From a virus (Duplodnaviria > Caudoviricetes), in the IMG/VR virus record IMGVR_UViG_3300033463_000025, positions 1 through 64,000 of that record: 64,000 nucleotides of DNA. The stretch is one strand, 5' to 3'. The notes under the pieces are model-generated. The model saw only the letters and a list, made by a program, of their open reading frames with translations, did no database searches and was not told where the DNA came from. Each line of letters opens with the position of its first letter. Within the stretch, counting starts at the first letter, position 1. The position numbers and the translations under genes were made by a program. Shown in pieces: positions 9,494-19,193 of the stretch.

Positions 9494-12258
9494 TGAAACA
9501 TTCAAATAAAACCCCTAATGTTATCTTATACTCAATGAACAAGAAAGATGCTGTTGGTATATTAAGGCATATCAACAATTTTGAATGTGATTATTATTTC
9601 AATTCCGCTTCAGAAATTAAATTTGAAATACCGCAAAAAATCTATGATACTGATATATTTGAGTGGATAGATAATCCGCGTTATGATGATATAAAAGCAG
9701 ATATGTTACTTTATTTAGCTGACCCAACAGAACAATACAAGTTTAACGGAAGTCCTATATTAAGCAATAGCGATTATTCCTTAAAGGCTCTAAGTGATAT
9801 TCCCGAAAGCGACGTAAGACCTTCTACTAATATGAGTTACGATGCAAACAAAGGTATAAACGGTTTTAAAGTTCAAAGCGAAACATTATTATATGATTTA
9901 GGTTTATCGAAAGGATATATTTGGGAATGGCAACACTATTTTGATTCACATAATGGTTATGCTAATAGAAAAGCTCAAAGTGATAATGATAATTATGAAA
10001 GTTATAAAGGATATAGGCATATGTGTTGTGATAGCTTTATCCCTGTTGAAAATGGAGATATAATAGCTGTAAGGTCAAAGGTTTCAGATACAGCTTATTT
10101 TTACTATCGTGCATTTTTCTATGAAGATAATGATAGTACAACATTTGTAAAAAATTTGTTTTCAAATGATGATACAACTTGGGCGGTAGGAAATCCTATT
10201 TCTCGTGTTGGCATAAATAATGCAACTACTTCACGACACAGGCGTATTACCAGTATTGTAGCCACAAATAACGGTTCGATAACAGTAACGGATAATGATG
10301 GCACTCCTTTTAATATTGGTGTTTCAACAGATATGCACAGTAGCGGTATTAGAGGAACTTCAAGTGGAAATACCTTTACTGCGACCAATTCAGAAGATAT
10401 TGTTGCTGGTAATCAATACTATGTTGGATATGATATAGATGTTGCAGATGATATATCATCAGGCTTTATAAGACTTGAATGTGTAGATGTGCAAGCTGTT
10501 AAAACCACAGAGAATGGCACTACAAAATGGATATATCATTTAATGCCAGAAAACTATGTACGAGTATATAGTGGTTTAAGGAATGTCACTGAATTTAATG
10601 TGGGTGAGAAAACGCCTTATTCAATCAGACAGGTTTGGTGGGTTGTTACTGATACAGAGGAAAAAGATGACGGTATAAATAAAATTAAAACTATAACCGC
10701 TAAATCTTATGAATACTCATTATCTAAAAAATCGTTTTCACTTTCGGAAGGAACGATGCCACTTTATTTCCCAAATAAAATATATGATTTAATTACATCT
10801 TCAAATTGGAGACGTGACGTATGGCGAAGCAACGGAACAAATTATGCGACCACAGCGAAACAAAGGTGTACTCGTGGATTATTAAATCAAATATTGGATT
10901 ATTTACCAGAGTGGAAAATTGGATATGTCGATTCGGAAATAAAAAATAATATTCCTATTTCGCCACTTTGCTGTAAGTATAGAAATTTCGATGACGTAGA
11001 TAATGAAAATCTTTATACTTTTCTATTAGATGAAGTTGAGAAGGCATATCAATGTTTCTTTATATTTGATAGTGAAAAAATGACTATTAACATTATCAAT
11101 GGAAATCCAGCTAAAACAAATAGTAATGGCGCACCACAAGAAGATGGCAAGGTTGGTTCTGCTTCTAATATTGTATTGACTTGGAGTAACGCTATAAAAA
11201 ACACAAATATTCAAACAACAGAGGATAGAATTGTAACTGCATTGAGGGTACATACAGCGGAAGATACATATAGTATGGGATTAATCAATCCAACAGGAAA
11301 CAATATATTATATAATTTCTCTGCGTTTAAATCAGAAATGCAATATATTGCAGACCCAAACAAAAACAGAACGTTATGGGAAGCTGTTGAAGCATGGCAA
11401 ATTGCATATGATAATGCGAAGTCAAGCTATCAATCAACTGCAAAAACTTATGTTGAAAAACTACTTGAAGTAATCAAAAACGAATCGTCAATGTCTGACG
11501 CACTTACAAGATATAGAAGTGTTGTTAATAAAATAAATACTGGCGCAGATTATCATGGAGTAGATAGTCCATATTTGGATTATCCAATTCATTATACGAG
11601 TATAAACTTGGATTTCCCCGCAAGTTGGGCTACACCTCATTTACCTGATTTATATGATGCCTCAAAAAACTATTATGAAACATTAGTTAAAAGGGATAAC
11701 AATATCAGTGATAAAAAAACAAATTACAGAACATTAAGGAATACCAGTAATCTATTGACGATGGATTATAATACCGCCGTTGCTAATGACGGATATGCTA
11801 TCCTCTCCCCTACCGAAGTTTTGGAATTACAAAAATTTATCATTGAGGGTGACTGGACTAATGAGAACGCTGTTTTCTCTGATGACTTTTCGGCAGATGA
11901 TATAATAAACACATTAAAAAGTGTTTATACCGAAGCAAAAAGTGACCACGATAATTATATCTCTCAACAGTGTTATGAATTTGATGTTACATCTACAAAT
12001 ATTACGGCACTTGATGGCTTTGCAAAAAACATAGACAATTTAACTTTAGGCAGGATGATTACATTACAAGTAGATAGTGGTGATTGGCAATTCCCAATTC
12101 TTATGGGTTATCATATTGACCATGCTGATGATAGTGATTTCAACATGACGTTTGATACAAATTATTCAAATAAGCCGCTTAAAAAGAGGTTTGTAAAGAT
12201 ATTTGGAGCAATTAATCAAACAGGTGTTAAAACAAATAGTTACACATTTGAAGACTAA
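9493..12258 (+). CDS. Tail hub / Tal-like baseplate protein
   Basis: Follows Dit (overlapping TAATG); SEIKFEI, KTITAKSYEYSL, INPTGNNILYNFS motifs of siphophage minor tail proteins. Confidence 0.65.
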   Translation: MKHSNKTPNVILYSMNKKDAVGILRHINNFECDYYFNSASEIKFEIPQKIYDTDIFEWIDNPRYDDIKADMLLYLADPTEQYKFNGSPILSNSDYSLKALSDIPESDVRPSTNMSYDANKGINGFKVQSETLLYDLGLSKGYIWEWQHYFDSHNGYANRKAQSDNDNYESYKGYRHMCCDSFIPVENGDIIAVRSKVSDTAYFYYRAFFYEDNDSTTFVKNLFSNDDTTWAVGNPISRVGINNATTSRHRRITSIVATNNGSITVTDNDGTPFNIGVSTDMHSSGIRGTSSGNTFTATNSEDIVAGNQYYVGYDIDVADDISSGFIRLECVDVQAVKTTENGTTKWIYHLMPENYVRVYSGLRNVTEFNVGEKTPYSIRQVWWVVTDTEEKDDGINKIKTITAKSYEYSLSKKSFSLSEGTMPLYFPNKIYDLITSSNWRRDVWRSNGTNYATTAKQRCTRGLLNQILDYLPEWKIGYVDSEIKNNIPISPLCCKYRNFDDVDNENLYTFLLDEVEKAYQCFFIFDSEKMTINIINGNPAKTNSNGAPQEDGKVGSASNIVLTWSNAIKNTNIQTTEDRIVTALRVHTAEDTYSMGLINPTGNNILYNFSAFKSEMQYIADPNKNRTLWEAVEAWQIAYDNAKSSYQSTAKTYVEKLLEVIKNESSMSDALTRYRSVVNKINTGADYHGVDSPYLDYPIHYTSINLDFPASWATPHLPDLYDASKNYYETLVKRDNNISDKKTNYRTLRNTSNLLTMDYNTAVANDGYAILSPTEVLELQKFIIEGDWTNENAVFSDDFSADDIINTLKSVYTEAKSDHDNYISQQCYEFDVTSTNITALDGFAKNIDNLTLGRMITLQVDSGDWQFPILMGYHIDHADDSDFNMTFDTNYSNKPLKKRFVKIFGAINQTGVKTNSYTFED

Positions 12259-12313
12259 CAAAAAAAACAATTAAAGAAATTAGTATTTTTAAAAATACAG
12301 AAAGGAGGTAGCT

Positions 12314-15300
12314 GTGGCTCAAAAATTCTCTTATGATGATATATATAAGATTTATGCGTGGCGAGATAATAACACAAGACTTGTTTTAACACAAGGCGAA
12401 GGTTTGTCTGATAATGTTTCAAATTTTTCTAACACCTATGTAAAAACAGCAAAATTTCAGCTTCGTGATGAGCGTGGCGTAATTGCGATTCCGTCTGATA
12501 CAGCCGCAAAGCTCGCTCTTAAAAAGAGAGATGGAACAGAAGCACTGATTGAAATGTTTACATCTTACACTTCATCTTCTACTACGCTTTCTAATGATAA
12601 GAATAACGGAATTGTTACTTTCGCTATTAAGCGTTCGATGACCGACGTTTCTGGTGAAATGACAGGCGAAATACGTCTGCACACTTCGACTGGTATTATC
12701 AAATTCTACGGCATAAAATTTTATGTATATGATGGAGTATCAGATAACGCCGCAGTACAAAGCGAGGCGTTTAGTGACTTAGTTGCACAAACAAGCAAGG
12801 TTGAAGCATTATTAGCAAACGCTGATTCGTTTGGCAACCTCACAGCTCTTGATGATACAATCGCTCAGGGTGGTACTCACCCTGCAACGAGTGGTGTAAT
12901 CTATAATTATCTTGTTGGCAATTATACAAAATATGCCAGTATCTCTCCAAGCGATATTAATTCTGCAACTGATAATCAAACAATTTATTATATCAATAAT
13001 ACATATGAGGGTCATTACAATCGCGTCCTTTGCGTAAAGGGAACTGGCTCTGCTACACAATTTAGATTTACTTCCTCTGGTCAAATATTTTACCGACAGG
13101 CGAGTGTATCAGGTAGTACAGTAGGCAGTTGGGGAGATTGGATTTCGATTGGTTCAAGGCAGAATATTCAAGACTCAGCTATTAATACGGATAAATTAGA
13201 CAATGGTGCGGTAACATCTGCTAAAATTGGAACAGGTGAAGTTAAAACCGCTAATATTGATAGTAGTGCCGTAACAACTGCGAAGATTGCAGATGGAAAT
13301 GTTACTTCTGCTAAAATCGGAAATGGACAAGTTAAGACTATCAATATTGAGGATGAGGCGGTAACACCAGAAAAGCTATCCAAATCATATGTTGAAACCA
13401 GTAGGAAGATTGCCAACATTGAGTTACAGAATGACATCAGTGTGCCTGCATTAGCAACAGCTTTAAAAAGTGGACTTATGCGTTTTGTCTACGCTCACGA
13501 AAGCGGAAGTGAACCATATAGCGATGGTGACTATGAGGGAGTTCACATTAATAATGCGACCGATTTTAAAACCTGTTATATGTATAAAAATTCAAGCAAT
13601 TTAGCAGTAGGCATAATGTTCTGTGCTACAGTAGAAGCAGGTGTTAATCCAGAGATAACACAATATCGCTTTTTAAATAATGGTGAGATTTCATATCGAC
13701 ATAGTAGTGTGCAAAACGGAAGTAGAGTGTGGGATGCTCAATGGACAAAAATAGAAAGCACTGCTAACAAGGACACTTCATCTTTAAATACATCTGACCA
13801 TACTACATATCCGTCCAGTAAGTTAGTAAAAACAAAACTCGATGATAAAGTTGATAAAACTGCTAAAGATACATCATCGCTTTCCGATAGTGATGATAAG
13901 TACCCAACCAGTAAATTAGTGCTTGAAGAACTCAATAAAAAGCTGAACATTAAATATGTTCGAGAGGTTCAAAGTCAAGCTACTGAATCAGAAATTTATA
14001 TAGATAACGCTTCTGACCCTTATGCTTATTATTTGATTAAAGGTAGTGGTGGCGCAGTCGAAGGGATTATGTTTTGCGCTTCTATACCAAATTATAATTG
14101 GGGTTATACTCAAGTCCGTATTGATTATGCGGGGAATTTAAAATATCGTCACAGAAAAAGCGATAATACATGGGAACCAGATTCGGGTTGGTATAGTATA
14201 GAAAGCTCAAAGAATAAAGTTACTTCGTTAAGCAACAGTTCTACAGATGACCAATACCCAACCGCTAAAACCGTTTATGATGCTATCATCGGTTGTGAAC
14301 AATATAAAGACCTCGGTAATTCATATGTTAATAATAGCGCGAATCATCTCGACGGAAATACGGTGTATAAGTACGGTGACGGATTTGTTATTCAAGCTAA
14401 TGGTAGCACCTCTGAAACGCAGTATTATTTTGCTTCTGATGGCAAACTACGCTATAGAACTCGAACTAAAACAGGCGACATATGGAATGACTGGGTAGAC
14501 CAATTTCATTTTTCTGTTTTAGAAACGCAAGAGAATAAAACCACCACATTGAGTAGCAGTTCAACAGATAATCAATATCCAACCGCAAAAACTGTTTTTG
14601 ATAATACTATGAAGTTTGCGACGATTACTTCTACGCAGTTATTTGACGCTGACACTCATTTAGACCCACAGACAATTTATAGATATGGTTCGCAAGGAAT
14701 TATTTTAGCCGCAAACGATTCTGAACGTGAAACACAATACTATTTTGCACAAGACGGTATAATGCGTTATCGCTATCGTGTAAAAAGCGGCGATGTGTGG
14801 GGTGCTTGGATAGACGGAAGTAACTTTTACTCGATGATAAATCAAGAAGATATTGGTAATCTTTTAAGCCCACAAAATAAACTTGACAAGTATTTTGTTA
14901 AAACGTGCGTTGACAAAACACAAGTTAAGCTCACACCCAAAACAAGAATATTAGGGTTTGGTGACTCGATTATGAATCGGGGTTATGGCGGTTCTTGGAT
15001 GGATATAGTAAAAGAAAGAACTGAATGTTATACTCCAATTAACAAATCTGTTGGTGGTGCTCAGTTTGCAGTAAATAGTGGTACTAATACATTATCAACT
15101 CAATTATCAAGTTTTCATAGCGCGGTAAACAATAATACGCTTGTTGATGCAGACAATCACGCTGTTAATATTTCGGATATTAACCTTATTGTTGTGGCAG
15201 GTGGCACAAATGACGCATACAACGGCATACCTATAAATAGTTTTAAGACTGCCGTTGACACCTTTTTCGACGATTTAAAATCGGAGTTTGAAGATAGAAA

Positions 15301-15943
15301 TTTAAGTTGTCCACCTGTATTAGTGATTACTCCAATTAGGCGTGGCAAGGAATCAGAAATAAATGCGCCAGGAAATAAAAATCTTGAAAATAAGATTGCT
15401 AAGTATAGCGCAGTTATTAACAATTTAGCTTTGCAGTATGGCTTTAGCGTTTTGAACGGTTTTGATATACCTGTATTAGTAGATGATATGACTATTAAAG
15501 GCGTGGGTTCTGAAACCGCTACCATATCGTCGTTCATGTATAAGACTGCTGATAGTGGCGATGCTTATGACGATATACTTCATGTACATCCTAATCCAAC
15601 GGCTGGTTGTTCAACATATGCACAAGCCGTTATTAATGCCGTAGGGTTTGAACCTATATGTAGTTCCGTCTTTTCATACACGCTTTCAAGTAGTAGTTGG
15701 AACAACAATCAACAATCTATTTCAGTTCCTGCTAACTACGTTGTTACAGGAGATGTAATGGCTGATACCAAATTTGGTGACACAACGTTTAATCAACTTT
15801 GTACAGACGGTTGCGCTGGTATATATATATCATCTACCACAAGTGGAAGTACACTCACTTTAACAGCACACGCTTTGGGTAACGTACCAACCGCAAATAT
15901 TACAATTCAAGTAACGCTCACCGCTGTTAATGATTTGAGCTAA
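12314..15943 (+). CDS. Tail fibre / receptor-binding protein with a BppU-like N-terminus, repeated knob modules and an SGNH esterase domain
   Basis: RBS AAAGGAGG with GTG start; 10-aa VT.AKI repeats; five TQ..F...G...YR...W..W modules; GDSI, GGTND and D..HVHP SGNH blocks. Confidence 0.75.
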   Translation: MAQKFSYDDIYKIYAWRDNNTRLVLTQGEGLSDNVSNFSNTYVKTAKFQLRDERGVIAIPSDTAAKLALKKRDGTEALIEMFTSYTSSSTTLSNDKNNGIVTFAIKRSMTDVSGEMTGEIRLHTSTGIIKFYGIKFYVYDGVSDNAAVQSEAFSDLVAQTSKVEALLANADSFGNLTALDDTIAQGGTHPATSGVIYNYLVGNYTKYASISPSDINSATDNQTIYYINNTYEGHYNRVLCVKGTGSATQFRFTSSGQIFYRQASVSGSTVGSWGDWISIGSRQNIQDSAINTDKLDNGAVTSAKIGTGEVKTANIDSSAVTTAKIADGNVTSAKIGNGQVKTINIEDEAVTPEKLSKSYVETSRKIANIELQNDISVPALATALKSGLMRFVYAHESGSEPYSDGDYEGVHINNATDFKTCYMYKNSSNLAVGIMFCATVEAGVNPEITQYRFLNNGEISYRHSSVQNGSRVWDAQWTKIESTANKDTSSLNTSDHTTYPSSKLVKTKLDDKVDKTAKDTSSLSDSDDKYPTSKLVLEELNKKLNIKYVREVQSQATESEIYIDNASDPYAYYLIKGSGGAVEGIMFCASIPNYNWGYTQVRIDYAGNLKYRHRKSDNTWEPDSGWYSIESSKNKVTSLSNSSTDDQYPTAKTVYDAIIGCEQYKDLGNSYVNNSANHLDGNTVYKYGDGFVIQANGSTSETQYYFASDGKLRYRTRTKTGDIWNDWVDQFHFSVLETQENKTTTLSSSSTDNQYPTAKTVFDNTMKFATITSTQLFDADTHLDPQTIYRYGSQGIILAANDSERETQYYFAQDGIMRYRYRVKSGDVWGAWIDGSNFYSMINQEDIGNLLSPQNKLDKYFVKTCVDKTQVKLTPKTRILGFGDSIMNRGYGGSWMDIVKERTECYTPINKSVGGAQFAVNSGTNTLSTQLSSFHSAVNNNTLVDADNHAVNISDINLIVVAGGTNDAYNGIPINSFKTAVDTFFDDLKSEFEDRNLSCPPVLVITPIRRGKESEINAPGNKNLENKIAKYSAVINNLALQYGFSVLNGFDIPVLVDDMTIKGVGSETATISSFMYKTADSGDAYDDILHVHPNPTAGCSTYAQAVINAVGFEPICSSVFSYTLSSSSWNNNQQSISVPANYVVTGDVMADTKFGDTTFNQLCTDGCAGIYISSTTSGSTLTLTAHALGNVPTANITIQVTLTAVNDLS

Positions 15944-15953
15944 AAATTATAAG

Positions 15954-16376
15954 GTGGTGATTAAAATGCAACATATGACGCGAACTAAGTTTGAAAAGAA
16001 ATTAGAGAGTTTAAAAAGAAAGAATGAGATTATAAAACAAAAGAATGAATTAATAGCTGAAAAGCGAAAATACAAAAAATCACCATCCACGAGTAAACTT
16101 TTGTTGCTCGTGGTTATTTTTATATGTATTGAAATTATCGCTTTTTCCCAATATGTGATGATTGCTTTTAACGACATCAATGCTTTATATACGCTTATTG
16201 GTGTTCCTGTTTCACTTGTCCCTGTGGCTTTAGGTTATTACTACAAATCAAAGTCTGAAAACACTGAAGGTGGAATAATCTACAGACAAATGGAAATCGA
16301 GCATGGAATCGGCGTTGATAAAGCTGGTGGCGAATATGCAATCGACACAAACGGAACGGAGGAAGAACAATGTTAG
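15954..16376 (+). CDS. Membrane protein, holin-like
   Basis: Two transmembrane segments followed by YYYKSKSEN; located in the lysis cassette. Confidence 0.55.
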   Translation: MVIKMQHMTRTKFEKKLESLKRKNEIIKQKNELIAEKRKYKKSPSTSKLLLLVVIFICIEIIAFSQYVMIAFNDINALYTLIGVPVSLVPVALGYYYKSKSENTEGGIIYRQMEIEHGIGVDKAGGEYAIDTNGTEEEQC

Positions 16377-16768
16377 AAGGTATAAAACACTTTTTACAAT
16401 TCATTAATGAGAATTGGGTAAACATTATAATCATCATCGGACTGGCTATTGCTTTAGCACAGAAAATCAAATCCTATATCAAGCTGACCAAAGAGGAAAA
16501 GATTGAGATTGCTAAAGCACAGGCAAGGCAGGTTATCCTTACCCTTGTGACAAAGGCTGAGGTTGACTACGCCGATTGGACTAAGGCAGGCTCAATCAAG
16601 CGTTCTCAAGTAATCGCAAAGATTTATGAAGAGTTCCCTGTTCTGTCAAGAGTGGCAGACCAAGAACAGCTCACCATATGGATTGATGACATCATTGATG
16701 AGGCATTAAAAACACTTAGACCGATTGTTAAGGAGAACAAAGAAGAGCCTAACAACACAGCAGAATAA
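16370..16768 (+). CDS. Holin (LL-H-like)
   Basis: Single N-terminal TM; LVTKAE...GSIKR...IDEAL pattern. Confidence 0.6.
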   Translation: MLEGIKHFLQFINENWVNIIIIIGLAIALAQKIKSYIKLTKEEKIEIAKAQARQVILTLVTKAEVDYADWTKAGSIKRSQVIAKIYEEFPVLSRVADQEQLTIWIDDIIDEALKTLRPIVKENKEEPNNTAE

Positions 16769-16783
16769 TAGGAGGGATTACCA

Positions 16784-17245
16784 ATGGACACCAAAGACGT
16801 ATGGGAAGTGTTAGCTCAAATTCCCATTGGCGTATTAGTTGCGTGGGTTTTAGTTATAATTACACTTATTGCTACAATTATAGCTGGCATAGTCAGACTT
16901 TATAAGGTGTTCACAAAGGTAAGAGAAGTTCAAGATGAGAACGAAAAATACAAAGCAAAAATAGACGGGCAAGAAGAAAAGCTCGACAAAATCTTAGATG
17001 ACCTTAACCAAATCAAGAAAGATTTAGATGAGCAGAAAGACGTAAACTTTAAGCAAGTGCGATACAACATAGTACACACTTGCGACAATGCTATTGCTAA
17101 GGGTGAAATCTCGGCGGGTAAATTACGGTCACTTGAGGAAATGTACGAGGAATACACAGACGTATTTCACGGCAATCAATATGTTTCAACCCTGATGCAC
17201 AAAGTACGCAAAGATTGTAAAATTGTTCGTCCATTAGATGATTGA
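16784..17245 (+). CDS. Membrane coiled-coil protein of the lysis cassette
   Basis: N-terminal TM, coiled coil, YEEY...HGN C-terminus; immediately before the endolysin. Confidence 0.55.
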   Translation: MDTKDVWEVLAQIPIGVLVAWVLVIITLIATIIAGIVRLYKVFTKVREVQDENEKYKAKIDGQEEKLDKILDDLNQIKKDLDEQKDVNFKQVRYNIVHTCDNAIAKGEISAGKLRSLEEMYEEYTDVFHGNQYVSTLMHKVRKDCKIVRPLDD

Positions 17246-17311
17246 TAACTTCGGTTAAAATGCGATTGTAACGCATTATAGCCGAAGCCTTTTTTATTTA
17301 AGGAGGTTTTT

Positions 17312-18940
17312 ATGGCTACTGCAAATGACATTTTAAAAGTCGCAAGAGCACAAATAGGAACAGCCGCTACTAATGTCAAGCGTTGTAAATACAACACTTG
17401 GTATTATGACAATGAGGTATCAGGTTCAGGCTACGATTGGTGCGAAACATTTGTACAATGGGTGTTTGCACAATGCGGAGCGAGAGGATTGTTACTCACC
17501 AATACAGCTAACGTTGGTATTCAAGCTAAGGCGTTTTATGCTAACGGTCAACTTGTAAAATCGGGATATAAGCCTGGTGATGTTGTTATCATGTGTTTCA
17601 GTGGTGAAAACTCTACGTGGATTCCAGGGGTAAAAGCTCTTGAACACGTTGGCATTATCGAATCCGTGAACTCCGATGGCTCTATTGTAACTATCGAGGG
17701 TAACACAGGAAATACCGCCAATGGCGAGGTATTACGTCGTACACGTTATCCTGCAAATATTTCTTGTGCAGGCAGACCAAAGTACAGCGGTACAACTTCA
17801 ACTACCACTAACAACAATACTGTAACTACAAATACCGCTACAAGCGGCAAGATTTCTTGTATTGATGTTTCGTATGCTCAAGGTAATATTGACTTCACCA
17901 AAGTAAAAGCGGCTGGCGTAAATACCGTTATTATTCGTATTGGTTACGGCAACACCACATCTCAAAAGGATGATTACTTTGAAAGTAATTACAGCAAAGC
18001 AAAAGTCGCAGGATTAAAGATTGGCGGTTATTGGTATTCTTATGCAGGTTGGAACGGCGCGGATTCTGTAGCTGACGCTAAGAAAGAAGCGGCGGCTTGC
18101 CTTGCGTGTATCAAGGGTAAAACATTTGACCTTCCAATTTACATAGATTTGGAGGAAACAAAGAATCCTAATATGACCACGTTCGGCAAGACGAGATTAA
18201 CTAATACTGCTCTTGCTTTCTGCGACGCAATTAAGGCAGGGGGGTATAACGCAGGTGTATATACTTCTGCGAGTTGGTATGCTAACTATGTTGATTACCA
18301 AACCATTAAATCAAAATATTCAGTGTGGCTTGCACAATGGGCTTCAAAGAATGATTTTGCCTGTGACATTTGGCAGAACAGCGAAACGGGAAAGGTGAAC
18401 GGTATTAATGGTAATGTTGATACCAATATCATATTCAATGCTAAATTTGGTGGTACGTCAAGCGGCGGTACGACTAATGTAACTACTACAAATACGACTG
18501 TAACATTACCAAAAGTTACTTATCGTGTGCGTAGTGGGGGCGTATGGTTGCCTGAAGTAATTGATACTCAAGATTATGCAGGATTAGCTGGCAAGCCTAT
18601 TACTGACGTAGCTATCAAAGTATCAAAAGGCTCTGTTCGCTATCGTGTTCACGTTAAGGGTGGTGGCTGGCTCGGTTATATCACTGGCTATGATATTTCA
18701 AATATCAACAAATACGCTGGTAACGGAAAGCCGATTGACGCTATCGAGATTTACTACACCACGCCCAGCGATGTTAATAAGACTCTCGGATATTATCTTA
18801 GAGCTAAGTATAAAGTATCGCCTGTTGGTGGCGGTTATTACGATTGGCAGTATGATACCGAGAAGACGAACGGACAAGATGGTTATGCTGGCAGTTTTGG
18901 TAAGACTATTGACCGCTTACAAATTCTGTTAAGCAAATAA
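17312..18940 (+). CDS. Endolysin: CHAP + GH25 muramidase + ChW-like wall-binding repeats
   Basis: WCETFVQW / HVGII / IEGNT (CHAP); IDVS / DLEE / VDTN (GH25); YRVH..GGWL repeats. Confidence 0.9.
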   Translation: MATANDILKVARAQIGTAATNVKRCKYNTWYYDNEVSGSGYDWCETFVQWVFAQCGARGLLLTNTANVGIQAKAFYANGQLVKSGYKPGDVVIMCFSGENSTWIPGVKALEHVGIIESVNSDGSIVTIEGNTGNTANGEVLRRTRYPANISCAGRPKYSGTTSTTTNNNTVTTNTATSGKISCIDVSYAQGNIDFTKVKAAGVNTVIIRIGYGNTTSQKDDYFESNYSKAKVAGLKIGGYWYSYAGWNGADSVADAKKEAAACLACIKGKTFDLPIYIDLEETKNPNMTTFGKTRLTNTALAFCDAIKAGGYNAGVYTSASWYANYVDYQTIKSKYSVWLAQWASKNDFACDIWQNSETGKVNGINGNVDTNIIFNAKFGGTSSGGTTNVTTTNTTVTLPKVTYRVRSGGVWLPEVIDTQDYAGLAGKPITDVAIKVSKGSVRYRVHVKGGGWLGYITGYDISNINKYAGNGKPIDAIEIYYTTPSDVNKTLGYYLRAKYKVSPVGGGYYDWQYDTEKTNGQDGYAGSFGKTIDRLQILLSK

Positions 18941-18976
18941 TCATCATTTTGAAAAATAAAAGAAAATTGCGTAATG

Positions 18977-18998
18977 GCGACTGTGAAAACGGTCGCCT
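18977..18998 (+). terminator. GAAA-capped hairpin after the endolysin
   Basis: GGCGACTGT-GAAA-ACGGTCGCC; the U-tract is weak. Confidence 0.5.
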
Positions 18999-19006
18999 TA
19001 TGCACA

Positions 19007-19138
19007 ATCCTAAAAATATGCAAAACTCCGCAAAACGAACATTGAAAAATGTGTATTTTACTACATAAAAAGCATTGAAAAATGTGAAAATAATTACATA
19101 AAAAGTGTGGAAGAATGTGCAAATAAAAAAATAATGGC
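19007..19138. repeat. Degenerate 33-bp tandem repeat, about 4 units
   Basis: CATTGAAAAATGTG...TACATAAAAAG at 19040 and 19073, with degenerate units at 19007 and 19106. Confidence 0.7.
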
Positions 19139-19193
19139 GGAGATTAAAACAACGATAAAAGACTAATTTCATTTAAAGAAACGAGGTGAAATA

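Noticed and set aside
19007-19138. CRISPR array
   Set aside because: The units are contiguous and degenerate, with no unique spacers
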